From a virus, in IMG/VR virus record IMGVR_UViG_3300028883_000046, positions 1-64,000 of that record: 64,000 nt of DNA. The stretch is one strand, 5' to 3'. This document shows positions 38,891 to 48,111 of this stretch, in pieces. Under the pieces are notes generated by a model. It ran no database searches. It saw only the letters and a list, made by a program, of their open reading frames with translations, and was not told where the DNA came from. A program made the position numbers and the translations under genes. Position 1 is the first letter of the stretch. The number at the start of each line of letters is the position of its first letter.

Positions 38891-39280
38891 TTAGGCAAGC
38901 TTGTTTAGATACTCGACAAACTTGCCCATCATTTCGTAAAACTCCGTCCTAATTACGGATCCGAAACCATTTTTCCAAAAAAATATATTTTCTTCTTCCG
39001 GTGTTCTTTTCGTAAAACAAGCCGTTTTATACACTGGCCATTTTGGAAATGGACTTTCCCGCAAAACCCTGTTAACGTCTCTTTTTGTTTTGCAGTCTAC
39101 CAATAGGCGTTTAAGTCTATTTAAGTAGTACTCTTGAGCGTCTCTTACAGAAAGACCAAAGCCTTCGTTATACCAGTGCGCTTGAAATTCAGTTTCTTTA
39201 AGAGTTGGTGTAACAGGCTGAAGGATTTGCATAGCTTCCGACAACGTTTCTTTGTCAAAGTATTTAACTTTTTTTGCCAC
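38891..39280 (-). CDS. Hypothetical protein
   Basis: 129-aa ORF, operon context. Confidence 0.7.
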   Translation of the reverse strand: MAKKVKYFDKETLSEAMQILQPVTPTLKETEFQAHWYNEGFGLSVRDAQEYYLNRLKRLLVDCKTKRDVNRVLRESPFPKWPVYKTACFTKRTPEEENIFFWKNGFGSVIRTEFYEMMGKFVEYLNKLA

Positions 39281-39554
39281 TGTTTTCTTCCTTTCCTATT
39301 TTGAAGTGATAGATTATTTTTGATCTCAAATAATCAAGAGCGTCTGCTATTTCTTTTGGCCCTGCCGGCTCTTTAACTTCTACTGCCATGTGATAGTCGT
39401 TATCCCAATCTATTCTAAGTTCCAAGGTCGTTTTGGTTGTTTTTTCGAAAAGAGAATAAACCTTGTTTTCTTTTTTGAATGAATCGCGTGAAGACTTTAG
39501 ATTAATGATTTTGTGATTTGTATAGATCTCCTCAACTCTTGGTAGACGGCTCAT
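39264..39554 (-). CDS. Hypothetical protein
   Basis: GGAGAAG RBS. Confidence 0.7.
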   Translation of the reverse strand: MSRLPRVEEIYTNHKIINLKSSRDSFKKENKVYSLFEKTTKTTLELRIDWDNDYHMAVEVKEPAGPKEIADALDYLRSKIIYHFKIGKEENSGKKS

Positions 39555-39569
39555 TTTTTTTCTTCTCCA

Positions 39570-40151
39570 TTAGTGTTTGAAAAATTGATATCCTTCTGGT
39601 TGTTTTTCAATTTCTTTTTGTTTCTTTACTGCCTCTTTGGGCGTTTTACTTTTATCTGCCATTCTCAATTTTTCAAGATCTTCCATAGTGAGAGAAATTT
39701 CATTTGTAGAGTTCTCGAGGACTTTTTCGACCGATTTGGAAAGCGCTCTTTTTTGTTCCCAATAACCTCTATATGAAGCGGCAAACTTTTCAGGAGTTGG
39801 CACATATCCTCTAATGACTTGAAAGGTACACATAAAAAGTAGATTGAAAATGTCGTTTGGGTCTTCGATGAAAAATCTCTCCTTCATATGACCATACAGT
39901 GCTGAGTCTTTACTTCTCAATCCCCAACCATCTTTCAGAAAGCCAAAAGTAATTCTTGCTCTTCTGGCAAACTCTTCTGCCGTCATTGCTTCGGGTTCGT
40001 CAAGTTTTATTCTTTCAACAAGGATTATCAAGGATTTTATTGCTTCCTCATATGTTGTTGGCTTGACAACCTTAACAACGTCCGCACCCGAAAAAAGAAT
40101 TGCTATGGCGTTATATATGGATTTAAATAAGGTTTTAATTCGTTTCATCAT
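39570..40151 (-). CDS. Hypothetical protein
   Basis: 193-aa ORF with RBS. Confidence 0.7.
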   Translation of the reverse strand: MMKRIKTLFKSIYNAIAILFSGADVVKVVKPTTYEEAIKSLIILVERIKLDEPEAMTAEEFARRARITFGFLKDGWGLRSKDSALYGHMKERFFIEDPNDIFNLLFMCTFQVIRGYVPTPEKFAASYRGYWEQKRALSKSVEKVLENSTNEISLTMEDLEKLRMADKSKTPKEAVKKQKEIEKQPEGYQFFKH

Positions 40152-40551
40152 CCTTATCCTCCTCTTTGTAAATAAGATCGAGAGACGTATTTTTTATTAC
40201 TTCTTTTTGCGTATCACTAACCGAAAAATAGTGAATAACTTTTTTCTCCCTCAGATCGGGTCTAAGTTTGGAAATAATTTCTTTTGCTACTTTTAAAAGG
40301 ATCTCTTCGTCAAAGGTAAACAATTCAGTTTTGCCTATAGAACTTACAGAATTGCTTTCCTCTATTTCTTTTTTGCTTGATTTGTTCCATCTTTCCCGAA
40401 ATTGAAAAAGTTTTTCTTCTATACTATCCAATATTTTTCGTAAAGATTTTTTGGATAGGTACATGCCAAGCTTGCCGTCGGTAAAATCGACCACTTCGGA
40501 CATTACTTTTTTATCATTGGATAGTATTTGAAGCTCTATTTTCAGTTTCAT
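40135..40551 (-). CDS. Hypothetical protein
   Basis: 138-aa ORF, overlaps neighbour. Confidence 0.65.
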   Translation of the reverse strand: MKLKIELQILSNDKKVMSEVVDFTDGKLGMYLSKKSLRKILDSIEEKLFQFRERWNKSSKKEIEESNSVSSIGKTELFTFDEEILLKVAKEIISKLRPDLREKKVIHYFSVSDTQKEVIKNTSLDLIYKEEDKDDETN

Positions 40552-40555
40552 ATCA

Positions 40556-40813
40556 TCAAGTCTTCAAAAAGGTTTTTGGATTAAGTTCTTTTATTACTCT
40601 TGAGATGCATTGAAGTATTCCGTTTAACCTTGGGTGAACAAGGATCATAATGGCAACATGCAATTCGCCACCGCATTGAATACAATTATCTCTATAAATC
40701 TTTGAAACGTCTCTTTCGAAAATGCTTAGGTCCAGCTCTTGAATTTTCCCACACAAAGGACATTGAATTCTCGGCTTAGACTCTTCCCGCGTTATTTTAA
40801 TCAACTCTCCCAT
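40556..40813 (-). CDS. Zinc-ribbon protein
   Basis: CPLCG...CIQCG. Confidence 0.7.
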   Translation of the reverse strand: MGELIKITREESKPRIQCPLCGKIQELDLSIFERDVSKIYRDNCIQCGGELHVAIMILVHPRLNGILQCISRVIKELNPKTFLKT

Positions 40814-41120
40814 CGATCTCTCCTTTTTCTTCGGTTAATGTTATTTTTATTCTATCCAAAATTGATTGAATTTTTTGTTGATCTTCTACTACACTTTTTA
40901 GAGCTTCCGAAAAGTTGTTAACTTTTATACCTCTCTTTCCTTGAAAGAAATCTCTTATTGTTTCTTTTACAAAAAATGATGCATTCATTTTGTTGATAGA
41001 TTTATTTTTTGAATCTGCCAATTTGAATTGTTTTCTTGCTATAAGTACTCTTTCCGAATAGATAGCATCAGGCGAAGAGTCGTCCTCTATTTTTATTTCG
41101 ATTGACATTAAAGGCATCAT
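40797..41120 (-). CDS. Hypothetical protein
   Basis: GGAGG RBS, ATGA overlap. Confidence 0.65.
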   Translation of the reverse strand: MMPLMSIEIKIEDDSSPDAIYSERVLIARKQFKLADSKNKSINKMNASFFVKETIRDFFQGKRGIKVNNFSEALKSVVEDQQKIQSILDRIKITLTEEKGEIDGRVD

Positions 41121-41668
41121 AGCCTCCTTTGCGAAGTGTTACCAATTAAGACTTTATAGATCTTTTGCAGATCGTCGTTGGTTAGCTCTATCTGTTTATA
41201 TTTTACTTTATATTCTTTTGCCTTTCTAAACCAATAATCGTCTCTTTCTTTATCGTCGCTATGATACTTCATTTCATAGAAAACACTTTGAATGCCAACC
41301 GAGCTGATATTCTTTAGGCACATAATGCATGGTTGTAGAGTACAATAAACCTTTGCACCAGATAGATCCCCTAAACCTCCCAAAGAAGTAATTTGATTCA
41401 AGGCATTTTGTTCTGCATGTATTGCCGGACACTCTTGATATTTTTTATCTCCCTTATCATCTACTTTTAAAGATCTTCTGTGGCAGTATTTTGGGCCGTT
41501 GTCGGTACACTGAGGCTGGCCAGGCAAGCTTCCGTTGTAACCTGTGGCTATTACTCTTTTGCCAAGGACGATTACTGCTCCGGTTGGTCTTGAATTGCAA
41601 CCAGATCTAATGGCGGCAAGTTTTGCAAGAGCCATAAAATATTTGTCCCAAGGAATTCTATTATTCAT
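41117..41668 (-). CDS. dCMP deaminase
   Basis: WDKYFM.LA, TGYNG, HAEQNA, PCIMC; start reassigned to MNNRIPW. Confidence 0.92.
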   Translation of the reverse strand: MNNRIPWDKYFMALAKLAAIRSGCNSRPTGAVIVLGKRVIATGYNGSLPGQPQCTDNGPKYCHRRSLKVDDKGDKKYQECPAIHAEQNALNQITSLGGLGDLSGAKVYCTLQPCIMCLKNISSVGIQSVFYEMKYHSDDKERDDYWFRKAKEYKVKYKQIELTNDDLQKIYKVLIGNTSQRRL

Positions 41669-41751
41669 ATACACTCTCCAAGATATGCAACAAATATTGA
41701 GGCAGAAATAAGGATAATCCAAACTAAAATTGACTCCCAATCAATTCTCAT
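41665..41751 (-). CDS. 28-aa hydrophobic peptide (not in ORF track)
   Basis: MRIDWESILVWIILISASIFVAYLGECI; ATGA overlap with the deaminase start. Confidence 0.4.
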   Translation of the reverse strand: MRIDWESILVWIILISASIFVAYLGECI

Positions 41752-41755
41752 TTTA

Positions 41756-42502
41756 CTATTCCTTATTCAAATAATGCATTACAGCGCCGAGTTGATAATC
41801 ATAACAATGGAGCCCTTGAGAAGCAAAGGAGAGCGGGCCGGGATCAATGGATAGCTCTTCTGCTATGTATTGATTTAGCAAAGCAAAGCCACCCATGTTT
41901 TCGGGAAAACCTGCATATAAATCCCAGGATCGATATATGATGCCAAGAAGTACTTTGTTATCCTTGATTTTGATATCGATGCCGCGAAGACAAGGAGAGG
42001 TTCTCCGATCGGTTTCGTTTTTATAAGGGAAGTCATAATTGAAGTTTATTGTCGGATCGCCAATTGTAATAAAGCAATGATTATTTCCAAATCCTTTTTC
42101 TTTGAAATGACGGATGCACCACCCGAGCTGTGATTCGTTATATTTGGAATCTTTATGAAGCGGAACGCTTGGGTTGAAGTATTCGCCATTGATCCAGGTT
42201 GAGTAGCGATACTCTTCATTCGGTGAGAGATTGGGATCCATGAGATAGTTGGCAAAGTACTCTTCTATTTTTTCATCCGTAGTAGTTGGCGGTATCCCTG
42301 CGGGCATAATAGGGGCAAGCGGTCTTGTGTGCGGGTATCGAATAAAGCCGGCTGCAAAAGGAATTTCTACTCTCTTGCCTCCCTTGTTTGATCCTTCTGT
42401 TATTTTAAATTCATATCCATAATCATAGCAATGACTAATCAGTTGGAAGTAGGCATCGTCAATATTGTTTGCTTCTATCAGTGCTGGTTTAAGATCTTTC
42501 AT
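41756..42502 (-). CDS. thyA: Thymidylate synthase family protein
   Basis: PCL (catalytic Cys), RSWDL..GFPEN, LH.Y. Confidence 0.85.
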   Translation of the reverse strand: MKDLKPALIEANNIDDAYFQLISHCYDYGYEFKITEGSNKGGKRVEIPFAAGFIRYPHTRPLAPIMPAGIPPTTTDEKIEEYFANYLMDPNLSPNEEYRYSTWINGEYFNPSVPLHKDSKYNESQLGWCIRHFKEKGFGNNHCFITIGDPTINFNYDFPYKNETDRRTSPCLRGIDIKIKDNKVLLGIIYRSWDLYAGFPENMGGFALLNQYIAEELSIDPGPLSFASQGLHCYDYQLGAVMHYLNKE

Positions 42503-42504
42503 TT

Positions 42505-42759
42505 TTACTTTCCTCCCTTTTTCATTCCTTCAACAAAGTTCTTTTTAAGTGCTTCTTGCATTTCGTGGAGGCATGTACCGCAAATGCGCGGCATGCGCGA
42601 GTATTGATTTTCCCCTTGCCAAAGAAATTGCCATAGCGAAGTACTTGGCAACTCTATTACATGGGAGCTGAAATCGTTGCAAAAGTCGCAAGGGTTGTCC
42701 ATACTAAAATCGTCTTCTTTTACTCTTTCGTTATGAAGGACTATAAAACTTGGTTTCAT
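42505..42759 (-). CDS. Small Cys protein
   Basis: CDFC...CGTC. Confidence 0.65.
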   Translation of the reverse strand: MKPSFIVLHNERVKEDDFSMDNPCDFCNDFSSHVIELPSTSLWQFLWQGENQYSRMPRICGTCLHEMQEALKKNFVEGMKKGGK

Positions 42760-42772
42760 GAAAAATCTCCTT

Positions 42773-43375
42773 TTATTTTTTGTCTTCGAATGTAAAATTG
42801 GTTGAGTTTAAATCCTCAATTAATTTTTTGAATTGGGAAGAAATCAAAGAGAGATCTACTTCTCCCATTATTAGTTTCATCAAGGTTTCTCTGCCCTTCA
42901 TGATATGTTTTTTCTTGAATTTTACTGCCATTTGGCTTTTCTTTGTTAAAACACCGGTGAACAAATGATAAGTATTCCACCAATAGGCATAGACGAATTG
43001 CAGTTTTTGGCGGATCAATATGAAGTCTTCGTCTTGAACGTCCTTTAGTTCTTTTATTCTACCCCTCAAAACTTTATTGAAGCTATTGCTCCATGTGCCG
43101 AATTGTCTCTCTATGTCCTCGCAAACAAGAAGCCACTTAACACGGGAGTTTTTTGCTTCTCCTTTCTTCTTTTCTTTCCGAAATCTATTCAACATTGCCT
43201 CAATTTCGGAAACAACAATATCAATTTGGACCATTAACTCTACCGGATGCATTTGTTTAAGCTTATCCTTGTCTTTTTCAACACCTTCGAATTTCAGCTT
43301 GTAAACTACTACAAGCTTGTCAAGTAGAGCTTCTATATTCTCTTCTTTTTTAATCTCTGCCATTGTCATTATCAT
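42773..43375 (-). CDS. Hypothetical protein
   Basis: 200-aa ORF. Confidence 0.7.
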   Translation of the reverse strand: MIMTMAEIKKEENIEALLDKLVVVYKLKFEGVEKDKDKLKQMHPVELMVQIDIVVSEIEAMLNRFRKEKKKGEAKNSRVKWLLVCEDIERQFGTWSNSFNKVLRGRIKELKDVQDEDFILIRQKLQFVYAYWWNTYHLFTGVLTKKSQMAVKFKKKHIMKGRETLMKLIMGEVDLSLISSQFKKLIEDLNSTNFTFEDKK

Positions 43376-43578
43376 CTCCCTTTCCCAAACACAGTTTTAA
43401 ATTTTTCACTTCTAAGGGTAACGTATAATCCCCATGGCCAAACGAGTCCAATCAAAAACGTGCTTAACAAAACTATCCACGTTTTGTAGCGATACATTTC
43501 CTCTTTGATTTTTATATATAGGTAAAGAGAAGCAATAACAGAAATAGCCAAATAGATAATCAAAAAGGTTAATATCAT
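43372..43578 (-). CDS. Small two-TM membrane protein
   Basis: Two hydrophobic helices, L.WP motif. Confidence 0.65.
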   Translation of the reverse strand: MILTFLIIYLAISVIASLYLYIKIKEEMYRYKTWIVLLSTFLIGLVWPWGLYVTLRSEKFKTVFGKGR

Positions 43579-43997
43579 TTTTCCTCCTTTGGTTTGATCC
43601 CAATTTTAAGATTTGTTTTCATTCTTAACCTTAGTTGTTGTTTGCTTCCTATTTCTGTGAAGTCTTGGATAAATGTTTTATCTTCCTTATGATAGATTGT
43701 TTTGCTGATAAATCTCTTGCCGTGGTTGCTGTCTTTATAGGCAATATATTCGAAAGTATAAACGATATAGTTTCCTCTATCTTCCATGTTGTCTGAGCCA
43801 TCGATTATAATGACTTTACTTTCTCTTGCATAGTTCGACTCATAAAGAGCTATAAGCGCTTGCCTTTTCATTACCTCTTGCGCGATTTGATTACATTCGT
43901 TTGCATTTAAACGAATGGAAAACGAATCTACAAGGAAAATTATGAGATAGAGAATTAGGGAAAAGCATAACATCATAGGCAAAAGACTTTTCTTCAT
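43575..43997 (-). CDS. Membrane-anchored hypothetical protein
   Basis: N-terminal hydrophobic segment. Confidence 0.65.
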   Translation of the reverse strand: MKKSLLPMMLCFSLILYLIIFLVDSFSIRLNANECNQIAQEVMKRQALIALYESNYARESKVIIIDGSDNMEDRGNYIVYTFEYIAYKDSNHGKRFISKTIYHKEDKTFIQDFTEIGSKQQLRLRMKTNLKIGIKPKEEK

Positions 43998-44293
43998 TGA
44001 TCGCCTCCTTTATGTTCAAGTATTTGGAAGTTAAACTCTTCGATAAAATTTAATGCTATCTTTCGGCAAGACACTATCGAATCATATTCTTTTTTCTCAG
44101 GCGAGCAAATAGTAAAGGCGTGTTTTTTACCCATTGGTCCTCTACCAAATACTTTTATTTTCCAGGTAAAGAAAAAATCTCCCGGCTCGTTACTTCTTTG
44201 ATTTTTGTCGATATAGATCTTGCAATTTCTTCCTCGGCTATCGGCTCTTTTTTCTTTTAGCCTATATCTTTGGTTGAAGTTCATTTTATCCAT
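43994..44293 (-). CDS. Hypothetical protein
   Basis: 99-aa ORF coupled to neighbours. Confidence 0.6.
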   Translation of the reverse strand: MDKMNFNQRYRLKEKRADSRGRNCKIYIDKNQRSNEPGDFFFTWKIKVFGRGPMGKKHAFTICSPEKKEYDSIVSCRKIALNFIEEFNFQILEHKGGDQ

Positions 44294-44296
44294 ATC

Positions 44297-45079
44297 CTAT
44301 TTTGAATTTTTTATTTTCTTTCCTGCATATTTTCCCTTCTCCCATGATCTTCTTCTTCTTACCTTTTTTAACTTCTTGAAAAACGCTTGTGGTCTGCACC
44401 ATGCGAAGAAGTCCTCGAGCCGCGCAACAACAAACTCCCATTTGTCATACCAAACAGTCACAAGAGGACCGCAATGTGGATAGACCCATCTGCCATTGTT
44501 TTCTCTTAATAGTTCAAAAGTTTTTTTGGAAAGAACTATGCAGGATTGTTTTTTATCTCTTTTGAAAATGAGAATAACTTCCTTGATTTTGTTTTGCTTT
44601 GCCTCTGCATATGCTTTTTCGAGCCATTGAATTAGGATTGGCGGCTTAGACTTCCTCTGCTTTTGATATACAAATTTATCGACAATATCCATCAAAGATA
44701 TTCCCGTTTGAACCGAATTCGTTTCTTTCCCGGTCTTCTTCGATCTCCTGGTAATTACTTTATTGCCATAGCCTCTTTTTATTTCTATCAAATAATTCGA
44801 GGTAAGAGGGTATCCGCTCTTATCAAGGGCACAAACATCTCCGGCAGAATTGGTAGTCAAACATGATCTTTTCATTCGTTGGGTGGCTCTTGCGCCGCTT
44901 CCAGCAGTACGCCAGAAAATATCATCATTTTCGTTTTCGCTATACCACTTGGAAAGTTGTTTGCATATGTCTCGCTCGTAATTACTACCTTTCCTTTTGT
45001 TTGCGCCTCCCTTGCCTTTCTTTTTCTTTTCAACCGGTTTTGCTTTCACAGGATCTTTTACTCTTCTTTTAATCGCCAT
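44297..45079 (-). CDS. Holliday junction resolvase (PD-(D/E)XK)
   Basis: KG..YER.ICK.LS.W, R..GSG, GDV, IEIK. Confidence 0.8.
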   Translation of the reverse strand: MAIKRRVKDPVKAKPVEKKKKGKGGANKRKGSNYERDICKQLSKWYSENENDDIFWRTAGSGARATQRMKRSCLTTNSAGDVCALDKSGYPLTSNYLIEIKRGYGNKVITRRSKKTGKETNSVQTGISLMDIVDKFVYQKQRKSKPPILIQWLEKAYAEAKQNKIKEVILIFKRDKKQSCIVLSKKTFELLRENNGRWVYPHCGPLVTVWYDKWEFVVARLEDFFAWCRPQAFFKKLKKVRRRRSWEKGKYAGKKIKNSK

Positions 45080-45707
45080 CTTTGAATCTCCTATTTCTTC
45101 TAATCGTTTTTATTCTCGATTTTCCGTTGATATGGTCAACCTTGAATATCTTATCCGCTATGGCTATTAAATTGTCGTCGTGCGTTATAAGTATAACTTG
45201 AAAATTGAACTTCTTTGAAAGTTCTTTTAAAATTAAACCTGTAACCTGAGATAACTTGCCGGTCCATTTAAAAGGCTCGTCCAGAATAAAAACATTTCTT
45301 GCTTTATAGGATGACATTTGCCACATTACTATCCTAAAGGACATTGAAATAATATCAAGAATACTTCCTCCCAAATCGTCTTTGGGTTCGAGTTCCTCGC
45401 CATTTTCTTTTATGATGATATATGAAGAGATGCCATCTCTCATCTCTTTATAGACAAGCTCTAAAGTGAGGTCCCTATTAAAGATTTGTCGAATCGCTCC
45501 CGTTATTATTTTTTCGATTTCTACCTTGAACTTTTGATGAATCATTCGGATAGAGTTATTTAAAATATCCCTTGCCTCGATATAATTCTGTAACTCTTCC
45601 TCAGCGCCTCTTATCTCCCTGTCAATGTATTTGTTTTTCATTAGACAGGTGGCTTTTTTGACAACTAAGGAATCGTATTCTCTTTTTATTTGTTCATACT
45701 CTTTCAT
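45069..45707 (-). CDS. SbcC/Rad50-like ATPase, C-terminal half
   Basis: Coiled-coil then GGS signature, ILDEP Walker B, LITHD H-loop. Confidence 0.85.
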   Translation of the reverse strand: MKEYEQIKREYDSLVVKKATCLMKNKYIDREIRGAEEELQNYIEARDILNNSIRMIHQKFKVEIEKIITGAIRQIFNRDLTLELVYKEMRDGISSYIIIKENGEELEPKDDLGGSILDIISMSFRIVMWQMSSYKARNVFILDEPFKWTGKLSQVTGLILKELSKKFNFQVILITHDDNLIAIADKIFKVDHINGKSRIKTIRRNRRFKDGD

Positions 45708-45711
45708 GTTG

Positions 45712-45951
45712 TTAATCCTCTAAATCGATCAAAGATAAAAAGTCTTTTGCCTTCTTTTTAAGTTTAAAGGACTCTTCCTCTAATTCCTCTAATTCCTTGT
45801 CCATTTTTTTCAATGCTTTTCGAGCGCTTTTAACCGTGGTTATTTCATACTTCGAAAGCTTTTTCTTCTGTTCCTGAACATACTTTTTTTCTACCGCGAT
45901 ACTTATTTTTACTTCCTGGATTTTGTCTTGTAAATCTTGGATACTGGTCAT
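45712..45951 (-). CDS. Small coiled-coil protein
   Basis: 79 aa with heptad pattern; between SbcD and the SbcC C-half. Confidence 0.7.
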   Translation of the reverse strand: MTSIQDLQDKIQEVKISIAVEKKYVQEQKKKLSKYEITTVKSARKALKKMDKELEELEEESFKLKKKAKDFLSLIDLED

Positions 45952-45954
45952 GTC

Positions 45955-46869
45955 TCAGCCTTTCGGTACGAATTCATGGAAAGCATTTCCTATTGTTTTG
46001 GAAAGTAGTTTATATACCTTTTTTGGATTGGAAGACTTTTCTATAAGCTCATGAATAATTTCCACAACGCTCATATTGTCAAGATTAGGCATTTCAAACA
46101 TATCGCCAATATTTTTTTCTTCTTTCTCTTTTGCATCCTTGTTTATATTTTTTCTTAATACTTCGAACCAAGGCTTGCACGGAATCTCTACCTCTCCAAT
46201 CTCTGAGGAAGAGTTATAGACGTATACTCTTGGATTGTGTTTTCTCATAAAGTCGGACGACTCAAGGCGCATAAGCGGGCCAGTGTTACAGACAATCTTT
46301 CCTTTTTTCTTTTCCATAAAGTTTCTATGAATATCTCCGCAAATTGTGAGATTGAAATCTTTTACTTTTCTTCGAAACTCTTTTAGCCTAATAAACGAAT
46401 GCCCAGGGAATAGAGCGTTTAGATATACAGGCGCATGGATTGAAAGAATATTTGTTTCCTTGCTTTCTTTTACTTTCGGGATATCCTCTCGCCAACTACA
46501 TCCATACAGATTGACACCTTTAAGCTTGTATGGTTTCTTGCCAAGTACTATTGCGCTATTTGTCTTCTCCAGTATACCAATATTGGTTACCACGTTTTTA
46601 TTTCTAAAATATAGATCATGTTGTCCGTATACAGTGAAGAAAAGAGTTTTTGGATATTTATTTTTTAGCGTCAAGAAAGTAAATAGAGCGGTGATATCTC
46701 TCGGCGTATCGAAGAGATCTCCGGCACATATTATTGGCGCATTGCGTAACCTCAAAGATAGATCGAAAATAAATTTTAATTTAGCTTTTGCATCCTTGAG
46801 AGGATCGCCAATTCTACCTCTTGGAATTCTACTCGTTATGTGCGGATCAGATATTAGAATAAAATTCAT
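45955..46869 (-). CDS. sbcD: SbcD/Mre11-like nuclease
   Basis: SDPH, GDLFD, GQHD, GDIH metallophosphoesterase motifs. Confidence 0.88.
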   Translation of the reverse strand: MNFILISDPHITSRIPRGRIGDPLKDAKAKLKFIFDLSLRLRNAPIICAGDLFDTPRDITALFTFLTLKNKYPKTLFFTVYGQHDLYFRNKNVVTNIGILEKTNSAIVLGKKPYKLKGVNLYGCSWREDIPKVKESKETNILSIHAPVYLNALFPGHSFIRLKEFRRKVKDFNLTICGDIHRNFMEKKKGKIVCNTGPLMRLESSDFMRKHNPRVYVYNSSSEIGEVEIPCKPWFEVLRKNINKDAKEKEEKNIGDMFEMPNLDNMSVVEIIHELIEKSSNPKKVYKLLSKTIGNAFHEFVPKG

Positions 46870-47812
46870 CTTTCATCCTTTTAACGGTTGACTGCTTTAT
46901 GGCAGATAAACAAACAGGACATTTTTTACTCTTCTTCAATCCTTCAATAAGTTTGTCGGTTAGATCAAAGAATTTATTTTTAAGATTGCCAACATTTCTT
47001 GAGGCTTTTATAAAGTTAAGGATGTCTTCTTTTAGGCTTTCTAAATTCTCTTTTCTCTCTTCGATTTCCTTTAGCTTGTCTACTACCCCAACCGCTTGCA
47101 ATGCTTTTTTTAACCTTTTTGTTTTTCTTTCCGATGCAATGATATTAGCCATCGTAGTTTCTATCATATAAATTTTCTTTTCCAGATTTCTTTTTCTTCT
47201 TTCTACTCTTCCCAACTTGCTTATTGTAGGATCAATTTTATGTATATCCTTGACGACTTCAAGGGTGTCAAGGATCTTTGCTTTTTCCTTTAGCAGATCG
47301 GTCAAAATCAAATCACTACTTTTTATTGCATCTTTAACGGCTCTTATCCAATTGTCTATCATGTTAATATTGGTAATTTGATTTATCTCTTTTGTCACAT
47401 TTGGAGGACTGCTTAGAACCATATAGGGAGGGTCTAACTGTCTCTGAACATTAATCGCTCTTATACCAAGTACGTTGTAAACCTTGTTTGGTACGTTTCT
47501 ATTTAGCTTTCGAAATTTCCAAGTTTTATCTTTTTCAAGATCTTTTACTATATATTCGGTCTCTTTTCCTCTGATTAGTTTTACTTCTTTGTTATCCGTT
47601 GTCCTTAAAGTTATTTCTGTTTGGGCGTCTTCATCGGCGAAATTACTTTTCCAACGATTGAAAGGGCGAAGCTTCCGCAACATTTCAATCGCCCTAATGA
47701 TATTTGTTTTGCCGGCCATTCCTTCGCCAACTATTGCGTTTACTCTTTTTGAGAATACTATCTTGGTATCCTCGTAACTTCTAAAATTCTTTAGAGTCAA
47801 ATACTTTATCAT
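46847..47812 (-). CDS. SbcC/Rad50-like ATPase, N-terminal half
   Basis: LKNFRSY, Walker A GEGMAGKTN, Q-loop QRQLD, coiled-coil ending in CPVC zinc hook. Confidence 0.85.
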   Translation of the reverse strand: MIKYLTLKNFRSYEDTKIVFSKRVNAIVGEGMAGKTNIIRAIEMLRKLRPFNRWKSNFADEDAQTEITLRTTDNKEVKLIRGKETEYIVKDLEKDKTWKFRKLNRNVPNKVYNVLGIRAINVQRQLDPPYMVLSSPPNVTKEINQITNINMIDNWIRAVKDAIKSSDLILTDLLKEKAKILDTLEVVKDIHKIDPTISKLGRVERRKRNLEKKIYMIETTMANIIASERKTKRLKKALQAVGVVDKLKEIEERKENLESLKEDILNFIKASRNVGNLKNKFFDLTDKLIEGLKKSKKCPVCLSAIKQSTVKRMKDEFYSNI

Positions 47813-48107
47813 AGACTTCACCTATCTTTTTTATTCTATCCAGTCTTCGTTGCCTTTTCCTATGTTTTTGAAACAAGGAAACAACTCTTCTTAATTCGTT
47901 AGAATATGTTCGAAGTATAGCCAGTTTTTTTCTTAAAAGAACTTTTGCCGCTTCTGCTCCAACGTCTTCGTCTATTGCTATAAATTGCGGCGTCATACCG
48001 TCAACCAACTCGATCAAATATTTAAAATGTTTTTTTATAGAACCCGTTTTTATTGCTTCCTCTACCTCTTTATCGATATCAAGGATCGTCCTTGGATTTT
48101 GTGGCAT
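47781..48107 (-). CDS. Hypothetical protein
   Basis: 108-aa ORF with RBS. Confidence 0.65.
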   Translation of the reverse strand: MPQNPRTILDIDKEVEEAIKTGSIKKHFKYLIELVDGMTPQFIAIDEDVGAEAAKVLLRKKLAILRTYSNELRRVVSLFQKHRKRQRRLDRIKKIGEVYDKVFDSKEF

Positions 48108-48111
48108 TTTC

